Part shown: in pieces, positions 58,728 through 64,000 of the stretch
How the letters are laid out: each line of letters opens with the position of its first letter
Numbering within the stretch: the stretch's first letter is position 1
DNA from: Abditibacterium sp.
GTDB lineage: Bacteria > Armatimonadota > Abditibacteriia > Abditibacteriales > Abditibacteriaceae
Reading direction: 5' to 3'
Length of the DNA: 64,000 bases
Assembly: GCA_965199495.1 (NCBI GenBank)
Contig: CBDASK010000003.1
Span: 992,001-1,056,000, forward strand
The notes under the pieces: model-generated
Seen by the model: the letters and a program-made list of their open reading frames with translations, nothing else
Told to the model about the DNA's origin: nothing
The model's database searches: none
Program-made: the position numbers and the translations under genes

Positions 58728-59690
58728 TTACGCCAAATCGAGCGCGTCCACGATGCGTTGCATCGCGTCGGGCAACGGCGCCTCGAACTCCATCGTTTCG
58801 CCCGTAATTGGATGCGCGAATTTGATGTATCGGGCGTGCAGGGCTTGCGTGCCCAACGCTTCGAGCGCCGCCGTGGCTGCTGCGTTGGGCGCGCAATCGA
58901 GCGCGCGATGATAGCCGCCATAAAGCGGGTCGCCCGCGACGGCGTGGCCGATGTAGGCCAGATGCACGCGAATCTGGTGCGTGCGCCCGGTTAACAAATC
59001 AACCGACAATTGCGCGAATTTCTCCCACTTTTTCTCAACGATATATTCAGTGAACGACGGGCGACCTTCGGGGCGCACGCTCATCTTTTTGCGGTTGGAC
59101 GCCGAGCGCGCAATCGGTGCCTCGATGCGGCCCCGCGTGGGCGGAATGCCGCAGCAGATCGCCCAGTACTTCTTTTCGATTTCGCGCGCCGAAAACGCCG
59201 CCGACAGTTTTTCGTGCGCCGCGTTGGTTTTGGCGATCAGCATCACGCCCGACGTGTCTTTGTCCAAACGGTGAACGATGCCGCTACGATGAAGCGGCCC
59301 CAAATCGGACAACGGAATCTGGCGCGCTTTGAGCAAATCTACCAGCGTAACTTGCACTTCGCCCGCGCCGGGATGCACGCTCAAATCGCGCGGTTTGTTC
59401 AAAACCAAAATATCGTCGTCCTGATACAAAAATTCGAGCGGGCGCGCCAACTGACTGGCGCTAAACTTGGCCTGCGTTTTGGCGACTTTGTCCAAACCCA
59501 CATTCGGGTCGAACGACAATTCGTCGCCTTCCTTTAAGTTGTGCGACGCTTTGACGGCGCCACCGTTGAGCGTGGCGCTTTTGATGATTTCGCGCGCCCT
59601 TGCGCGAGAAATTTCCAACCGACTGCTCAAAAAGGCGTCCGCCCGCATGCGGGCGTCGTCTGGCCCGGCCTGTAACACTTGATTATCCAT
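58728..59690 (-). CDS. rluD: RluA/RluD family 23S rRNA pseudouridine synthase
   Basis: N-terminal S4-like domain, NKPRDLSVHPG, IVHRLDKDTSG, TGRTHQIRVHL and QALHA. Confidence 0.93.
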   Translation of the reverse strand: MDNQVLQAGPDDARMRADAFLSSRLEISRARAREIIKSATLNGGAVKASHNLKEGDELSFDPNVGLDKVAKTQAKFSASQLARPLEFLYQDDDILVLNKPRDLSVHPGAGEVQVTLVDLLKARQIPLSDLGPLHRSGIVHRLDKDTSGVMLIAKTNAAHEKLSAAFSAREIEKKYWAICCGIPPTRGRIEAPIARSASNRKKMSVRPEGRPSFTEYIVEKKWEKFAQLSVDLLTGRTHQIRVHLAYIGHAVAGDPLYGGYHRALDCAPNAAATAALEALGTQALHARYIKFAHPITGETMEFEAPLPDAMQRIVDALDLA

Positions 59691-60384
59691 GAAATTGAAA
59701 CCACTTCTGCTGAGCGCCCTGCTCGCTTTTTCCGCGTGTATCGGCGTTTCTCACGCTCAAACCGCCAAACCCTTCGTCGTCGTGATCGATCCGGGGCACC
59801 CGTCCGAAACGGCGGCGGGCGCCGAGGCCAACGGACTCAGCGAAAACCGCATCAACTGGCAAGTCGCCAACCGTTTGGCGACGCATTTGTCGAAGTTGGG
59901 TATTACAACTTACCTCACCAAGCGCAGTGTCAACGAGAAAGTCACCAATCGGGCGCGCGCCGAAATGGCGAATAATGTCAACGCCTCGCTCTTAATTCGG
60001 CTGCACTGCGACGCGGGCGGCGGCAACGGTTATTCGTGGTATTATCCCGACCGCGCGGGCACCAAGTATGGCGTAACCGGCCCGCCGAAATCGGTGCAAC
60101 TTCAAAGCAAGCGCGCTGCTTATGTTTTGAATGAGGCGATGAAACCGGTTTTGAAGGGTTACTTGCAAGCCAATTCCATTAAGACCGATGCAGCCACCGG
60201 CGTTGGCGGCAAGCAGGGCGGCGTTTTGACCGGCTCGATTTTCGCGCGCGTGCCGACCGCGCTTATTGAAATGGCGTTCATCACCAACCGACGCGACGCC
60301 CAGTTTATCGGCAGCGCCGCCGGACAGGAAAAGATGGCGCAGGCGTTGACGGCGGGCATTCTGGCGTGGAAAGCGAAAATGTAA
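59689..60384 (+). CDS. N-acetylmuramoyl-L-alanine amidase (Amidase_3)
   Basis: Signal peptide, VVIDPGH, E..IN, RAEMAN, LHCD and PTALIEMAFITN. Confidence 0.92.
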   Translation: MKLKPLLLSALLAFSACIGVSHAQTAKPFVVVIDPGHPSETAAGAEANGLSENRINWQVANRLATHLSKLGITTYLTKRSVNEKVTNRARAEMANNVNASLLIRLHCDAGGGNGYSWYYPDRAGTKYGVTGPPKSVQLQSKRAAYVLNEAMKPVLKGYLQANSIKTDAATGVGGKQGGVLTGSIFARVPTALIEMAFITNRRDAQFIGSAAGQEKMAQALTAGILAWKAKM

Positions 60385-60410
60385 TGTCGAGTTCATTCGC
60401 CTCTAAATAA

Positions 60411-60980
60411 ATGCAAATCACTCCGACATCTCTGCCCGAAGTCTCGATTCTCGAACCGCGCGTTTTCGGCGATACGCGCGGTTTTTTCATGGAAACCTAT
60501 TCGGCGCGCGCTTTCGCTGCCGCAGGAATCGAGCGCGCGTTTGTGCAGGACAACCATTCGCTTTCGGTGCGCGGCACGTTGCGCGGTCTGCATTATCAAT
60601 TGCAACATCCGCAGGGCAAATTATGTCGCGTGGTGCGCGGCGCGGTCTGGGACGTGGCCGTAGACATCCGGCGTGGCTCGGCAACGTTCGGCCAACACGT
60701 CAGCACGCTTCTCAGCGATCACAACAAACGCCAGCTTTACGTGCCGCGCGGTTTTGCCCACGGTTTTTTGGTCTTGTCTGACGAAGCCGAATTTCTATAT
60801 AAATGCGATGATTATTACGCGCCCGGCGACGAATACAGTCTGCGGTGGGACGACGAGAAACTTGGCATCGAATGGCCGTTGGGCGAATATGACATCGGCG
60901 CGCCATTGCTTTCGGACAAAGACGGTCGCGCGCCACAACTGGGCGAAATAAGCGACGCGAATTTACCGCAATTTATTTAA
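60411..60980 (+). CDS. rfbC: dTDP-4-dehydrorhamnose 3,5-epimerase
   Basis: FGDTRGFFME, QDNHS, LRGLHYQ, DVAVDIR, GFAHGF and YKC. Confidence 0.96.
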   Translation: MQITPTSLPEVSILEPRVFGDTRGFFMETYSARAFAAAGIERAFVQDNHSLSVRGTLRGLHYQLQHPQGKLCRVVRGAVWDVAVDIRRGSATFGQHVSTLLSDHNKRQLYVPRGFAHGFLVLSDEAEFLYKCDDYYAPGDEYSLRWDDEKLGIEWPLGEYDIGAPLLSDKDGRAPQLGEISDANLPQFI

Positions 60981-61136
60981 TAACTCCGTGCGAACTTCGC
61001 GCGGCGGTTTGAGTGCCATTAGCAGATTCTGCGCTCTTTGTGCGGTTTTAAGTGTCTTTAACACCCTCAAGATTTGTAAGATTTAACCGGGCTTGTTTCA
61101 AATTCATTTCGCATTATCGCACAAGCCTTCGTTCCC

Positions 61137-61970
61137 ATGATTGGCAAACTCAAATTTCGCTTCAATACAACCATCGCCAAAAAACTTCTGATGGCCGTCA
61201 CCGGTCTGGCGATGACTCTGTTTCTTATCGGCCATCTGGTCGGTAACCTCCAATTATTGTGGAGCAGCGACCAGTTCAACGCCTATGCGCGCTTTCTGAC
61301 CGCGCAACCGGTTGTCATCTTGGTCGAGCTGGGCCTGATGGCGATTTTGGCGCTTCACGTCGTAGATGCTTTCGTTTTGCTGCGCCAAAACTATAACGCG
61401 CGCCCCGTTCCTTACCAGTCGAAAACGTGGGGCCGCACCAAAAGCCCACGCTCGAAGAAGACGTGGTCTTCGACTTTAATGATGTGGTCGGGCATCTTTA
61501 TTTTAGTCTTTATCATCGGTCACATCTGGCATTTCAAATATCATCATCCGGTCGCTTCGCCCGCTTATGGGCACGATTCCTCGATTGCTGTTGGCGTCAT
61601 TGGCGGCGGCGTGGCTTCTGCCGACGGCTCGTCGGGCGAAAGCGCCACGCGTTTGGCGCAGATGGTCGTCGCTGAGTTCCGCAACCCGTTCGTTTCGGGC
61701 ATTTACATTCTGTCGATGCTGATTCTGGGCGCGCATTTGTATCACGCGATTTCGAGCGCCATGACCTCGCTGGGCGGCAACCATCCGCGTTATCAAAAGT
61801 TGATTATGTGGGCGGGCAACATTTTCACCGCGATTATTACCTTCGGATTTTTGTCGATTCCGTTATGGTTTTTGATTGGCTTGCCCGCCAACGGCGATTC
61901 AACAGCCAAACCGGCCTCGACCAATCAAGTCGCACAAGCGGCGCCCGTTGCACCCGCGACAACGCAATAA
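61137..61970 (+). CDS. sdhC: Succinate dehydrogenase cytochrome b subunit
   Basis: KKLLMAVTGL...HLVGNL, several TM His ligands (H, GH, HLYH), located upstream of sdhA. Confidence 0.9.
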   Translation: MIGKLKFRFNTTIAKKLLMAVTGLAMTLFLIGHLVGNLQLLWSSDQFNAYARFLTAQPVVILVELGLMAILALHVVDAFVLLRQNYNARPVPYQSKTWGRTKSPRSKKTWSSTLMMWSGIFILVFIIGHIWHFKYHHPVASPAYGHDSSIAVGVIGGGVASADGSSGESATRLAQMVVAEFRNPFVSGIYILSMLILGAHLYHAISSAMTSLGGNHPRYQKLIMWAGNIFTAIITFGFLSIPLWFLIGLPANGDSTAKPASTNQVAQAAPVAPATTQ

Positions 61971-62002
61971 TTTTCCGACATCAAATATCTTAGAGGAGAA
62001 AC

Positions 62003-64000
<1,998 letters not shown>

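Overview
Bacterial chromosomal window, roughly mid-50s % GC by eye. The gene content resembles Armatimonadota/Abditibacteriota, which is an inference only. It holds housekeeping and metabolic genes (sufE, GH2 beta-galactosidase, uvrA, purB, clcA, pfkA, msrB, holA, upp, livK/H/M, rbfA, chdC-like, rluD, rfbC, sdhC/A), three tRNAs, and an accessory zone at about 8.7-22.3 kb with a ParD/ParE-like pair, a helicase-less restriction-modification locus and several broken genes. Four observations stand out. (1) The non-palindromic motif CG(G/C)CGTGGCTGC is strongly over-represented: 28 exact copies of the 9-mer core by hand count, against about 1 expected. It occurs on both strands and in five of six reading frames, like an uncharacterised DNA uptake sequence. 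(2) A textbook -1 frameshift cassette (T_TTT_TTT, 5-nt spacer, 18-bp stem-loop) sits exactly at the junction of the restriction-methylase and specificity ORFs and would produce RM and RM-S fusion proteins. (3) At least three families of long intergenic palindromic elements and four inverted heptamer arrays are present. (4) Several genes look leaderless, and two divergent genes share one CATG start. All counts and alignments were made by eye and no database searches were run.
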